From assembly GCA_023249285.1 (NCBI GenBank), contig JAHFCZ010000003.1:1-36588 (forward strand): DNA of 36,588 bases. Direction: 5' to 3'. This stretch comes from a bacterium. Its GTDB lineage: Bacteria > Margulisbacteria > Marinamargulisbacteria > SXXA01 > JAHFDB01. The notes below the pieces were generated by a model. It was not told where the DNA came from. It made no database searches and worked only from the letters and a program-made list of their open reading frames with translations. Below are positions 18,520 to 27,566 of this stretch, one piece after another; within the stretch, counting starts at the first letter, position 1; each line of letters opens with the position of its first letter. Position numbers and translations under genes: made by a program.

Positions 18520-19561
18520 GCTCTTCTAGGGTGGCTAAGATCTCAGGAATGCAGTACGGGTTTTGGACGACGGCAGTGGCCATTCCAATGAGTGTGGCTC
18601 CTGCTGTTTGGAGTTCCTGAACTTGCTTGGCACTTGAAACTCCGCCAGTGGCAATAATGGGGATTTTAAGGGGGGCGATCAGTGTGGTCATTTCAAGTGT
18701 CCGATTGAAGAGGGATGGGCCCGTGAGGCCCCCTCCACCGATACTGAGTGCATTTTGGGGGAGTCCAATTTCCTGGCATTTTTGGAATTTGGCATTCCCA
18801 AGTGTAATGAACGTGAGCGGGAAGGTGGCGACGATTTCTGCAAGGATGAGCAGGGAGTCGTTAGATAGATCGGGAGAGACTTTAGGGCCCATGATGATGT
18901 CGGGGTACTGTAGCTTGAGATTGCGAAGGAGGTGAGTGAGTAATTCAGGGTGGGCTTGCATGTCTTGTCCATCGGGGGTGTTGGGGCAGCTGATATTGAT
19001 TTCGATAAAATAGGGGCGTATTGCCCACTGAGGATGGGCTTTAAGTGTTTTGATGAGTTGGAGAATGTTGTATTCGTATTCATCCATGCTTTGTCCACCG
19101 ATGCTGAAGCCGATGGGTTTGCTTGCAGGGAATTGAAGTAATTCATTGAGATGTGAAAGGGTATGGCTGAGCCCTTTTCCTGGGAGACCCATGGCATTGA
19201 TCAACCCTTCTCCTTCGCTGGTCCAAATTCGTTTGATCCGGGGACGAGGGTTTCCTGGACGGGGGTCTCGCAGGATGGTTTTGAGGGTGGCTCCGCCTAG
19301 CCCAAATTGTGTCCAAAGACGCACAATTTCGTTGTCGCCTTCAAAGGCTGCCAAAATAAGCGGGGATGGGAATTTGAGGTGATGTAGACTGGTTTCAAGG
19401 TGACCTGGGATTTTGAAGGAGGTAATAAGATGTTCTAGGGGGCCTAGATTTTTAAGGAGTGTATGTCCCAGCAAAATGACCGATTCATAATCTTTGTAAA
19501 AGCGAGAGAGAATTGTACGAGATAATTTGTAGCAAGGGGAGAATATCGTAGCTCTCTTCAT
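18488..19561 (-). CDS. pyrD: Dihydroorotate dehydrogenase-like flavoenzyme (class-2-like scaffold with an active-site Cys)
   Basis: Motifs FPSPLILAAFEGD, DPRPGNPRPRI, GLINAMGLPGKG, EINISCPNTP, GGGLTG and IIATGGV. An N-terminal extension of about 60 aa is present. Its start overlaps the uvrD stop by 4 nt. Confidence 0.78.
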   Translation of the reverse strand: MKRATIFSPCYKLSRTILSRFYKDYESVILLGHTLLKNLGPLEHLITSFKIPGHLETSLHHLKFPSPLILAAFEGDNEIVRLWTQFGLGGATLKTILRDPRPGNPRPRIKRIWTSEGEGLINAMGLPGKGLSHTLSHLNELLQFPASKPIGFSIGGQSMDEYEYNILQLIKTLKAHPQWAIRPYFIEINISCPNTPDGQDMQAHPELLTHLLRNLKLQYPDIIMGPKVSPDLSNDSLLILAEIVATFPLTFITLGNAKFQKCQEIGLPQNALSIGGGGLTGPSLFNRTLEMTTLIAPLKIPIIATGGVSSAKQVQELQTAGATLIGMATAVVQNPYCIPEILATLEEPKCTAHHSPE

Positions 19562-21672
19562 GCTTGTATTTTTTGAAGGGGAGCGTATTTGGCTAACAGT
19601 TTTTTTGTGCCGTTGCTAAAACCCACCACGAGAAGCATCTTCTCTCCTTCTCCATCCACTTTTTGAATCAATCCCTGCCCCCATTGGGCATGGTGGACTT
19701 TTTCTCCTGGACGGTAGTCGAATAGTATTGCATTTGTGCTGCTTTTGGTAAAGGTTGATGAGGTTTGTGGTTGGAATAGGGAAGGTGATTTGTTTGTTTT
19801 TTCTAGGTGTTCTGGCGGGAGCTCTTCAAGAAATCGCGAGGGTTCGTTTCGCCAGAGCTCCCCAAAAATGAGGCGTTGTTGGGCACTGGAGAGGTAGGCT
19901 TTTTTCTTGGCTCGGGTTAGGGCAACATAGCAGAGACGTCGCTCCTCCTCGAGCTCATTGGGGTCGAGCTTGGATTTGTAATGGGGGAGAATGCCTTCTT
20001 CAAAACCGGGAATGAACACGACTTCGAACTCCAAGCCTTTCGCCGTATGCATGGTCATGAGCGTGACGACATTGGGGTTAGGTTGGTTATCGTCTAGATC
20101 CGAGACCAGTGCGACTTTGGCTAAATACTCGCCGAGCTCGACTTCCTCTTCGCGGGCCATGGTGACGAGCTCAGACAAGATTTCCAGTCGATCGGTGCCC
20201 TTGATGCGGTCGTTTTGGATCATCTGGGCGTACCCGGATTCAGAGAGGATTTCTTGGATTAAGGCTGCGATTCGGTCTTGGGTGGCTTGGGCGTGGAAGG
20301 TTTGGAGTCGGGTAATGAGCTCAAAAAATTGGGTGATGTTTTCTTTGGCCTTGGTGGGGAGGGGAAGATCGGGGTGTGCAAGCCCTTCTCGGAGGCTCAG
20401 CCCTTGGGCGTCACAGAAGCTGGTGAATTTGCTCACACTGGTGTCACCTATGCCACGGGTGGGCACGTTAACGACTCGTTTGAAGGCGATCAAATCTTGG
20501 GGGTTATGAATCAGACGGAGGTAGGAGAGGATGTCTTTTACATCGGCCCGGGCAAAAAACTTCAGGCCGCCCAAGACCCGGTAAGGGATGTTTTGATGGA
20601 CCATGGCCTCTTCTAAGATTCGGCTTTGGGCATTGGTGCGCAGCAAAATAACGATCTCACTAAGGGGATGCTTTTCGCCTAAGGTGATGATTTCTTTTGC
20701 GATATTTTGGGCTTCGGCCCGCTCGTCGTGGGTTTGGGTGTACTTAATCAGATCCCCGATTTCATTTTCGGTCCAGAGGTTTTTTTCCTTGCGTTGGACG
20801 TTATGAGTGATGAGGTGATTGGCGGTTTCGAGGATGCGTTTGGTGGACCGATAATTTTGTTCCAGATAAATGGTTTTGCAGGTGGGGTAGTTTTTTTCAA
20901 AGTTGAGGATATTCCGGCTATTGGCCCCGCGCCAAGAGTAAATGTTTTGGTCGAAATCGCCGACAACGGTGATGTTTTGGTAGGCCTTGGCAAGCAAATT
21001 AACCAGCGTGTATTGGCTGTGGTTGGTGTCTTGGTATTCATCAACCAGAATGAAATTGTACCAATCTTGATAGGTTTTCAGGACCATGGGGTGGTGTTGG
21101 AAAAGGAGGACGACATTGTTAATCAGGTCATTAAAATCAACCAGGCCGTTGTCTTTCAGTTGTTTTTCGTAAGCGTGGTAAAGGCTGACAATGTGGCGAT
21201 CTTCACTGGATCCGGGGATGATCATCCGGTTTTTAAAGTCTTGGATTTTATAGAGTACGCCAGTGGCGGAGTACGTGTTTTCAGAGAGATTGTGCGCTTT
21301 GATGAGGCCTTTGATGATTTGGGTTTGGTCTTGTTGATCGGCAATATTAAAGGAGGAGTTTCGCCCAAGGTGATGAAAATCTCGGCGTAAGACGTAGACA
21401 CAAAATGAGTGAAAAGTCCCTAAAAATGGGGTGTCTGTGGAATCGTGAAGTTTGGCGACCCGTTCTTTCATTTCCCGTGCGGCTTTGTTGGTAAAGGTAA
21501 TCCCGAGAATGTGTTGGGGGGTGACTCCAAATTCTTGGATTAGAAAGGCGATTTTGCGGGTGAGAACCGTGGTTTTCCCTGAGCCGGCACCTGCCACAAT
21601 CAGTAAGGGGCTGCCAAAATGCGAGACGGCTTCTTGTTGTTGGGGGTTGAGATGATCGAGAAGGTGGCTCAT
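19558..21672 (-). CDS. uvrD: ATP-dependent DNA helicase, UvrD/PcrA (SF1A) family
   Basis: 704 aa. Walker A AGAGSGKTT, motif II LVDEYQDTN, then VGDFDQNIYSWRGA, QNYRST, TMHTAKGLEF and LCYVALTRAKK. Confidence 0.93.
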   Translation of the reverse strand: MSHLLDHLNPQQQEAVSHFGSPLLIVAGAGSGKTTVLTRKIAFLIQEFGVTPQHILGITFTNKAAREMKERVAKLHDSTDTPFLGTFHSFCVYVLRRDFHHLGRNSSFNIADQQDQTQIIKGLIKAHNLSENTYSATGVLYKIQDFKNRMIIPGSSEDRHIVSLYHAYEKQLKDNGLVDFNDLINNVVLLFQHHPMVLKTYQDWYNFILVDEYQDTNHSQYTLVNLLAKAYQNITVVGDFDQNIYSWRGANSRNILNFEKNYPTCKTIYLEQNYRSTKRILETANHLITHNVQRKEKNLWTENEIGDLIKYTQTHDERAEAQNIAKEIITLGEKHPLSEIVILLRTNAQSRILEEAMVHQNIPYRVLGGLKFFARADVKDILSYLRLIHNPQDLIAFKRVVNVPTRGIGDTSVSKFTSFCDAQGLSLREGLAHPDLPLPTKAKENITQFFELITRLQTFHAQATQDRIAALIQEILSESGYAQMIQNDRIKGTDRLEILSELVTMAREEEVELGEYLAKVALVSDLDDNQPNPNVVTLMTMHTAKGLEFEVVFIPGFEEGILPHYKSKLDPNELEEERRLCYVALTRAKKKAYLSSAQQRLIFGELWRNEPSRFLEELPPEHLEKTNKSPSLFQPQTSSTFTKSSTNAILFDYRPGEKVHHAQWGQGLIQKVDGEGEKMLLVVGFSNGTKKLLAKYAPLQKIQA

Positions 21673-21677
21673 GCCCT

Positions 21678-23153
21678 TTAGTATAGGGCTTTTTCTAGGA
21701 TCGAGACACTTAGAATTTCGGGCAGAATGACGGGTGGTTTTCCTTTGGGATAATACACATAAAGTGGCACACTATTGCGTTTAAATTCAGCCAGAGCCTT
21801 TGTAATTTCAGGGTCTTGGTGGGTCCAATCGGCTTTAAACGCTTGGACATTGTGTTGTTTAAAAAGGGCGACAATTTTGGGTGATTGAAGGGTGGTTTTT
21901 TCGTTGTATTGGCAGGTGAGGCACCAGTCGGCACCGAAATCAATAAACACGGGTCCTTTTTGACGGGCCTCGGCAACAGCTTTGGCAGAATAGGGCTGGA
22001 AATTCTTGAGTTGAGGGCTGCTGTGTAAAAATAGCAGAGAAAGCAGCCAGATTGTCGTTAAGAACATCGGGATAGCTAAAATGCGTTTAAAGGTTTTGAA
22101 CCAAGGGCCTGGCTTCGGGAGCAATTTCTGACTGCCAGGGATCAAGGAGAGCACGAAGTAGGGCGAGGCGAGCCCTAAGGCAAGGGCTGTAAAAATCCCG
22201 AAGCTGGTGGCCGAGGGCTGAAGTAAGGCGATGCCAATGGCTGAGCCCACAAATGGGGCTGCACAAGGCGTTGCGACGAGGGTGGTAAGTACGCCAGTGG
22301 CAAAGGCACCCCAGTTGCCACGGTGGTGCTTGGACAAATCAATGCGTGTAAACATGAGGCCAAATTCGAATAGATCCAAAAGATTGAGCGTGATACCGAA
22401 AAATAATAGGGCTAGGGCAATGAGCATGACTGGTGACTGGAGCTGAAATCCCCATCCGACTTGATGTCCGAATGCTTTGAGAATAATCAACGCCCCCCCT
22501 AAAATCCAAAAGCTGCTCAAAATACCTCCGGTGTAGCAGAGGCTTTCGGTGAACTTGGCCTTCTGGAGGAGCTTGAGGGATAAGACGGGTAAGACGCAGG
22601 GCATGAGATTGAGAATGAGGCCACCCAAAAAGGCGGACCCCAGAATAATGAGCAGATTCAGAAAGGGATGTGTTGCGTTCTCCTTAAAATAGCCTTGGGT
22701 TTGCGGGTTCGTGAGTGGTGTGTTATCGGAGACCGGGATTCTGAGGGAGAGGGTGGCGTTTTCGGGTTTGCATAGGTCTTTGCAGATCAGATATTTGATT
22801 TCGACCTGAATGCTGAGGCAGGGTTCGGCGCTAGTCGTCGTGAGCTTGAATTTGAAATTGGCCTCGTGTTCGTAGCCTTTTTGGGTCATGCCTAGGGCTT
22901 GGAAGGTGGTGGTCGGCTCAAAAAATGGGCCTTCGATCCTGGTGTTGTTCGGGAGGTGCCATTTAAATTCGGGGGGCATTCCGGCTTCACCTGGGTCAGC
23001 CCCATACGTATGCCAGCCTGGTGCGAGTGGGATATGCACGACAATCCAGGTGGGTTTTCTAGGTTGGATGGAGAGTGTTTTGCTTAAAAGCTCGGCAGCA
23101 CAAATGGGGAAGGCGAGGGTGAGAAGTGCGAGGATCCCGAGTACGCGTTTCAC
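21678..23153 (-). CDS. dsbD: Thiol:disulfide interchange protein DsbD/ScsB-like (N-terminal periplasmic domain, TM core, C-terminal thioredoxin)
   Basis: Signal peptide, N-domain CKDLCKP, TM cysteines (LMPCVLPVLSL and ATPCAAPFVG), and a C-terminal thioredoxin CxxC (DWCLTCQ). Confidence 0.87.
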   Translation of the reverse strand: MKRVLGILALLTLAFPICAAELLSKTLSIQPRKPTWIVVHIPLAPGWHTYGADPGEAGMPPEFKWHLPNNTRIEGPFFEPTTTFQALGMTQKGYEHEANFKFKLTTTSAEPCLSIQVEIKYLICKDLCKPENATLSLRIPVSDNTPLTNPQTQGYFKENATHPFLNLLIILGSAFLGGLILNLMPCVLPVLSLKLLQKAKFTESLCYTGGILSSFWILGGALIILKAFGHQVGWGFQLQSPVMLIALALLFFGITLNLLDLFEFGLMFTRIDLSKHHRGNWGAFATGVLTTLVATPCAAPFVGSAIGIALLQPSATSFGIFTALALGLASPYFVLSLIPGSQKLLPKPGPWFKTFKRILAIPMFLTTIWLLSLLFLHSSPQLKNFQPYSAKAVAEARQKGPVFIDFGADWCLTCQYNEKTTLQSPKIVALFKQHNVQAFKADWTHQDPEITKALAEFKRNSVPLYVYYPKGKPPVILPEILSVSILEKALY

Positions 23154-23884
23154 AGCAAGACCTGGTCGAATACCCCTTTGGTATAGGCTACAACGGGGGC
23201 TTTAATGGGCATCAAATAGGTGTGTTTCCCGTATTTTTTAGCGACATTCACAATCTGTGCCCCAATTTGGATATTTCCTTCGAGGCTGAGTTCAAAGTTT
23301 TTGGGAAAAATGGCGTGGTTGCGGGTTTTCCAATAGGCCAAGGATTTGTCACTGAGGACGGGCGATATCCCGATAAAGAGCTCTTCATTTTCAAGCTGTT
23401 CGATATAAATCCGGGCCAGTTCGGGATCAAAAAAAGGTTGGGTAAAAAATCCATCTGCACCCGCCTCTTTTTTGGCTTGGCAGTAGGCTAATTCTTTTTG
23501 GAAGGATTGTCGATACGGGTCAAGCCCCCCGTAAATTTTGAGTCTTGGGTAGCGCAGTCGCGTGGCTTCGATCAGGGAAATGGCTTTTAAGGCATCCGGT
23601 TCGCTGTCGTCGCCGCTGATGATCAATACGTGATTCAAGCCTAGATTCATCAATGCACCGATTTTCGAGAGGATATCCGCGATAGGCCGATCCGAGCTAC
23701 GAATATGGGGAATGGCCACAAAATCCTCTTCCAGTAGCCATTGTACGGCCGTGGTGCTGCGATTATCCAGACGCATGACGTCAGGGACGTTAATGCCGCT
23801 GATAGCAGGCACGGATTGGCGGATATCGCGTGCTTCTTGAAGAAAAGCTTCACGCTCGCGGGGGACAAGTTCAATGAGATTCAT
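23150..23884 (-). CDS. Methylenetetrahydrofolate reductase-family protein (short form)
   Basis: 244 aa. It follows the MetF landmarks from memory: IELVP (FEFFPP), PHIR (PHLTC), IISGD (ALRGD), AGADGFFTQPFFD (AGANRAITQFFFD) and GISPV (GILPV). Confidence 0.65.
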   Translation of the reverse strand: MNLIELVPREREAFLQEARDIRQSVPAISGINVPDVMRLDNRSTTAVQWLLEEDFVAIPHIRSSDRPIADILSKIGALMNLGLNHVLIISGDDSEPDALKAISLIEATRLRYPRLKIYGGLDPYRQSFQKELAYCQAKKEAGADGFFTQPFFDPELARIYIEQLENEELFIGISPVLSDKSLAYWKTRNHAIFPKNFELSLEGNIQIGAQIVNVAKKYGKHTYLMPIKAPVVAYTKGVFDQVLL

Positions 23885-23932
23885 GGGACTTCAATCTATC
23901 ATAATCTGTGGTGATTACGGAAGGCTTGGACC

Positions 23933-23941
23933 TGTTACAAT
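23933..23941 (+). promoter_or_regulatory. Extended -10 box TGtTACAAT, 6 nt upstream of the ROK-like gene ATG
   Basis: The sequence ctgttacaat-accggt-ATG was read directly. No SD motif fits in the 6-nt gap. Confidence 0.4.
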
Positions 23942-23947
23942 ACCGGT

Positions 23948-24811
23948 ATGAAAATTCAACTCGGTATTGATATTGGTGGAACAACGGTTTCGATTGGCGG
24001 GGTTTTAGAGACCCAGCTGGTTTTTGCGCATAGTGTTTGGTTGGCTAAAGGGTGTAAACCTTTGGTGGAGCAGATTGTGAAGCTCTGGAAATGGGCGATG
24101 GAGCAAGCAGGTGAGCGCGAAGTTGAATTGAGCCTCGGGATCGGATGTCCTGGGACCTGGGTAGATGGCAAGATTTTGCCTGGAACGGCCTTAAATTTGG
24201 AGACATATTCTGGAGAAATGGATGGCTTTAATTTAGGGGAGTCTGTGTGGCGTCATTTACCGAAGAATTGGGTTGTTCGTGTTCAAAATGATGCGTGGAC
24301 CCAGGCGAAAGGGGGCATTATGTTGCTCTCTCATTCCAAAATGCCCTGTAAATGGGGGTACGTTGGGCCTGGAACTGGACTGGGTGGGGCCATTGTAGAG
24401 GTTACGCCGTCGGGGATGATTGTCTCGGGAGTAGGGGATCTTTGTGCAAAGGCTGAGCCGGATTTATGTGGGAAGTTGATTGAACGACTGACCGGGTATA
24501 CGGCCTATTCTATTGCCAGAACCTCGGCTTTGGCGGATCAATTTATGCCGATTTTTGATCGCATGGGGATTCGATTGGGGCAGGTTATTTTGGATATGGT
24601 GGATCGCTATCAGGTCGATGGCATTATCATTGGCGCGAGTTTGGGAACACAGCCGCCTGTCTCGGGATGGTTGTTGTCGGCTGCGCATGATTTTATTGCA
24701 AAAAAAGAGCGTAAAGCACCCCCTATTGAAGTGATTCATGACCCTAGACGCGCTGCAATATTGGGGGCCTGTAACTTGGAGAATGAGGCGAGTCGGGGTA
24801 GTATGGCGTGA
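23948..24811 (+). CDS. ASKHA-superfamily sugar kinase-like protein (ROK/glucokinase-like, no Zn CxCGxxGC motif)
   Basis: Phosphate-1 motif LGIDIGGTTVS, VQNDAWTQAKGG and GPGTGLGGAIV. Length 287 aa. Confidence 0.7.
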   Translation: MKIQLGIDIGGTTVSIGGVLETQLVFAHSVWLAKGCKPLVEQIVKLWKWAMEQAGEREVELSLGIGCPGTWVDGKILPGTALNLETYSGEMDGFNLGESVWRHLPKNWVVRVQNDAWTQAKGGIMLLSHSKMPCKWGYVGPGTGLGGAIVEVTPSGMIVSGVGDLCAKAEPDLCGKLIERLTGYTAYSIARTSALADQFMPIFDRMGIRLGQVILDMVDRYQVDGIIIGASLGTQPPVSGWLLSAAHDFIAKKERKAPPIEVIHDPRRAAILGACNLENEASRGSMA

Positions 24812-25563
24812 TGCGACGTCTCTATTTTCTGGTGACTGTGTTTTTGGTGCTCATGATAAGTATGACAGCTTTTGCTTCAGGGAAGGTCTATATTCTGTGC
24901 TACCACACCTTTTTGGGTAAGTCCAAGATCTGTACTGATTTTTCGATTCCGGAATTTCGAGCTCAAATGATAACGCTTCAGCAAGAGGGCTTTCGCTTTG
25001 TTCAATGGAAAGAGGTTCTCCAAAATCGCGTTCAAGGCTCCAAAAATATTTTGCTCATGATTGATGATGGGAATATCAGTACTGATGCGGCCTATCATCA
25101 GGTCCTCAAGCCCCTTGGAATTAAGCCGATGTTGGCCTTATATCCTGGGATTTTGAATACTCGTAAATTTGCCCTGACTTGGTCCCAAATTAAGGTCATG
25201 CAACAGGATGGCTGTGAGGTTGCTTCTCATGGCTATTTTCATGAGTACTTTACTCAAAAATTTCACGATGAGCATCCTAAAGATTTTGACAATGAATTTT
25301 ATCTTTCCAAATCCATTTTGGAGTCTAGATTGGGCTTAAAAATTAACGAAATTGTGTATCCATTTGGGATTTCAAGTGACATTGCCACACAAACCTTAAA
25401 ATCAGCGGGCTACAGATATGGGTTTTCATTGCGCCAGTCTCCTTTGAGTGTGCCCATTCCTCCGGCAGAGGCCTTAGATCTGCCCCGGTATATGGTGACC
25501 AGAGGGCAGGGGGCTACGGCCATTTTTGGGATGCTTTCTCGCGTGGCAAAGGGCAGTCAATGA
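24811..25563 (+). CDS. Secreted polysaccharide deacetylase (CE4/NodB-like) family protein
   Basis: Signal peptide MRRLYFLVTVFLVLMISMTAFA, then ILCYHTF, LLMIDDGN and SHGYFHE. TGATG junction with the upstream gene; the ORF-track start at 24808 is a GTG. Confidence 0.78.
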   Translation: MRRLYFLVTVFLVLMISMTAFASGKVYILCYHTFLGKSKICTDFSIPEFRAQMITLQQEGFRFVQWKEVLQNRVQGSKNILLMIDDGNISTDAAYHQVLKPLGIKPMLALYPGILNTRKFALTWSQIKVMQQDGCEVASHGYFHEYFTQKFHDEHPKDFDNEFYLSKSILESRLGLKINEIVYPFGISSDIATQTLKSAGYRYGFSLRQSPLSVPIPPAEALDLPRYMVTRGQGATAIFGMLSRVAKGSQ

Positions 25564-26309
25564 CCCCAATTTTGTCGATCCAGGATTTGTCGTATGCCTA
25601 CGCGCAAAAACCGGTTCTGACGAACGTTCAGTTTGAGATGGGACAAGGTGATTTTGTGGCAGTGATTGGCCCAAATGGGGGTGGGAAATCGACCTTTATT
25701 AAACTCATTATGGGGCTGATCCAGCCCGATTCTGGGACGATTCGGTTGTTTGGGGAGCCTGTTGAATCCGGACGTCGTTTGGTGGGCTATTTACCTCAGT
25801 TTCAAAATGTAGATTTGGATTATCCCATTTTGGTGGAAGAAGTGGTTTTGATGAGCTTGCTTCAGGGGAATTGGTTGCGATCTATCCGTCGTAAAGACCG
25901 GCAATTGGCTTGGGATGTGTTGGAGAAAGTGGGGATTTTGCATCTTAAAGATCGTCCTTTGTCTGCGCTCTCTGGTGGCGAAAAACAGCGGGTGTTTTTG
26001 GCAAGGGCCTTGGTCAATCAGCCGAAACTTTTGATTTTAGATGAGCCCACGACGAGTGTGGATATTCAGGCTGAACAAAGCTTGTATCGCTTGCTCCAAG
26101 ACTTGCATCAATCTCTGGCGATTTTGATGGTCTCCCATGACTTGTCTGCGGTATCGCAGTTGGTCAATAAAATTGCGTGTTTGAATCAAAAAATGGTTTT
26201 TCATCAGACTAAAGAATTAACCGCTCAAGATTTGGAGGAGGTGTACGGCTGTCCTGTCGCACTGATTGCGCATGGGGTTCCGCATCACCATTTGGAGTCC
26301 CATGGCTGA
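25560..26309 (+). CDS. Metal (Zn/Mn-type, ABC-3 system) ABC transporter ATP-binding protein
   Basis: Walker A GPNGGGKST, signature LSGGEKQR, Walker B LLILDEPT, His-rich C-terminus HGVPHHHLESHG. ATGA overlap with the upstream gene. Confidence 0.87.
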   Translation: MTPILSIQDLSYAYAQKPVLTNVQFEMGQGDFVAVIGPNGGGKSTFIKLIMGLIQPDSGTIRLFGEPVESGRRLVGYLPQFQNVDLDYPILVEEVVLMSLLQGNWLRSIRRKDRQLAWDVLEKVGILHLKDRPLSALSGGEKQRVFLARALVNQPKLLILDEPTTSVDIQAEQSLYRLLQDLHQSLAILMVSHDLSAVSQLVNKIACLNQKMVFHQTKELTAQDLEEVYGCPVALIAHGVPHHHLESHG

Positions 26310-27102
26310 GCTACTCTCTTACCCTTTTTTTCAAAATGCGTTGTTGATCGGGCTTTTATGTAGCTTGGTTTGTGGAGTGATTGGTAGCTTTGTGGTGGTG
26401 AAGCGGATGTCCTTTATTTCCGGGAGCATTGCGCATGCTGCTTTTGGCGGCTTGGGGTTAAGTTACTGGTTAGGTTTTAATCCGCTTTTGGGGGCGATGG
26501 GATTTGGATTTTTGTCGGCACTCTTAATGGGGATGATTCGCTTCCGTTTTCGCCAACAAGAGGATGCATTGATCGGGGCCTTATGGGCGGTCGGGATGTC
26601 TATCGGGGTGATTTGTATTTCTTTGGGGAGCGGCTATGCCGGTGATTTATTCGGATATTTATTTGGCAGTATTTTACTGACCTCCGATTCGGATCTGCTC
26701 TTGATGGTGCTGTTGAATATCTTGGTGCTGGGTGCTGTGGGCTATTTTTATTATCCTTTGGTGGCCATTACGTTTGATGAAGATTACGCTTCGGTCTTAA
26801 ACCTGCCTGTGATGGCCTTGTATTTAGGGCTTTTGGAGTTGGTGACTTTGACGGTAATTATGCTTTTGAAAGTGGTGGGGACCATTTTGGTGATCGCGCT
26901 TTTGACCTTGCCTGCATCTGCTGCTGCGAACTGGACTGCCCGACTCAGAGTGATGATGATGGTTTCTGTCGGGATTGGGGCTGTTTCTACGGTGGGCGGT
27001 ATTTTTCTTGCGACGTTTTTGAACTTTCCACCTGGCCCGGTGATTATCTTTGTGTGTAGCTTGTTTTATGTGGCAAGCTTACTCATTCACTCCAAAGATT
27101 GA
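26302..27102 (+). CDS. Metal ABC transporter permease (ABC-3 / ZnuB-MntB-like)
   Basis: About 8 hydrophobic segments. I prefer the start at MAELLSYPFFQNAL (ATG 26302, an 8-nt overlap with the ATPase gene). The composition is typical of the ABC-3 family. Confidence 0.85.
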   Translation: MAELLSYPFFQNALLIGLLCSLVCGVIGSFVVVKRMSFISGSIAHAAFGGLGLSYWLGFNPLLGAMGFGFLSALLMGMIRFRFRQQEDALIGALWAVGMSIGVICISLGSGYAGDLFGYLFGSILLTSDSDLLLMVLLNILVLGAVGYFYYPLVAITFDEDYASVLNLPVMALYLGLLELVTLTVIMLLKVVGTILVIALLTLPASAAANWTARLRVMMMVSVGIGAVSTVGGIFLATFLNFPPGPVIIFVCSLFYVASLLIHSKD

Positions 27103-27566
27103 ATTTTTTCAATAATCTGGGTGGTGGAATAGCCGGGTAAAAAGGGGAGTATCTTGACCGCGCCGCCATAGGATCGGACGACCGGGGTTTCAGGAAGGTT
27201 TTCGATGCTGTAATCGCCACCTTTGATGTGGATATCGGGCCTTAGTGCTTTAATGAGTGCAATGGGTGTGTTTTCCTCAAAAATGACCACTAGGTCGACG
27301 CAGGCAAGGGCTGCGAGCATGTAGGCCCGCTGGTCTTGATCTAGGATAGGACGATGGGGTCCTTTATTGCCACGAACTGAGGCATCCGAGTTGACCCCAA
27401 TGATGAGTTTGTCGCCGAGCTTTTTGGCGGCGGTCAGGTAATCGATATGCCCGGGATGCAGGATGTCAAAACAACCATTGGTAAAAATTACCCGTTCATT
27501 GGCCCAGGATTGGCGAATGGTAATGGCTTCTTCTAGTGTGTGTAGCTTAGGAGACTGGAGGCTCAT
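27087..27566 (-). CDS. rfaE2: D-glycero-beta-D-manno-heptose 1-phosphate adenylyltransferase (HldE domain II as a separate protein)
   Basis: 159 aa with the cytidylyltransferase-fold motif FTNGCFDILHPGHIDYL, and IIGVNSD. It overlaps the upstream kinase gene by 20 nt. Confidence 0.87.
   Translation of the reverse strand: MSLQSPKLHTLEEAITIRQSWANERVIFTNGCFDILHPGHIDYLTAAKKLGDKLIIGVNSDASVRGNKGPHRPILDQDQRAYMLAALACVDLVVIFEENTPIALIKALRPDIHIKGGDYSIENLPETPVVRSYGGAVKILPFLPGYSTTQIIEKIQSLE

Noticed and set aside
20707-21390. 227-aa plus-strand ORF antisense to the UvrD/PcrA helicase gene. Similar antisense ORFs lie at 19991-20509, 741-1313, 2971-3366, 8454-8909 and 18688-19197.
   Set aside because: These are shadow frames opposite strongly supported genes. 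Their translations are low-complexity (V/G/F-rich or S/P/T-rich) with no recognisable motifs, and the strand compositional bias keeps such frames open.
23902-23917. Inverted repeat TAATC-N6-GATTA upstream of the ROK/deacetylase/metal-ABC block, considered as a Zur/Fur operator
   Set aside because: It has only 5-bp arms and does not match the spacing of known Fur or Zur boxes. An AT-rich spacer is expected to contain such repeats by chance.
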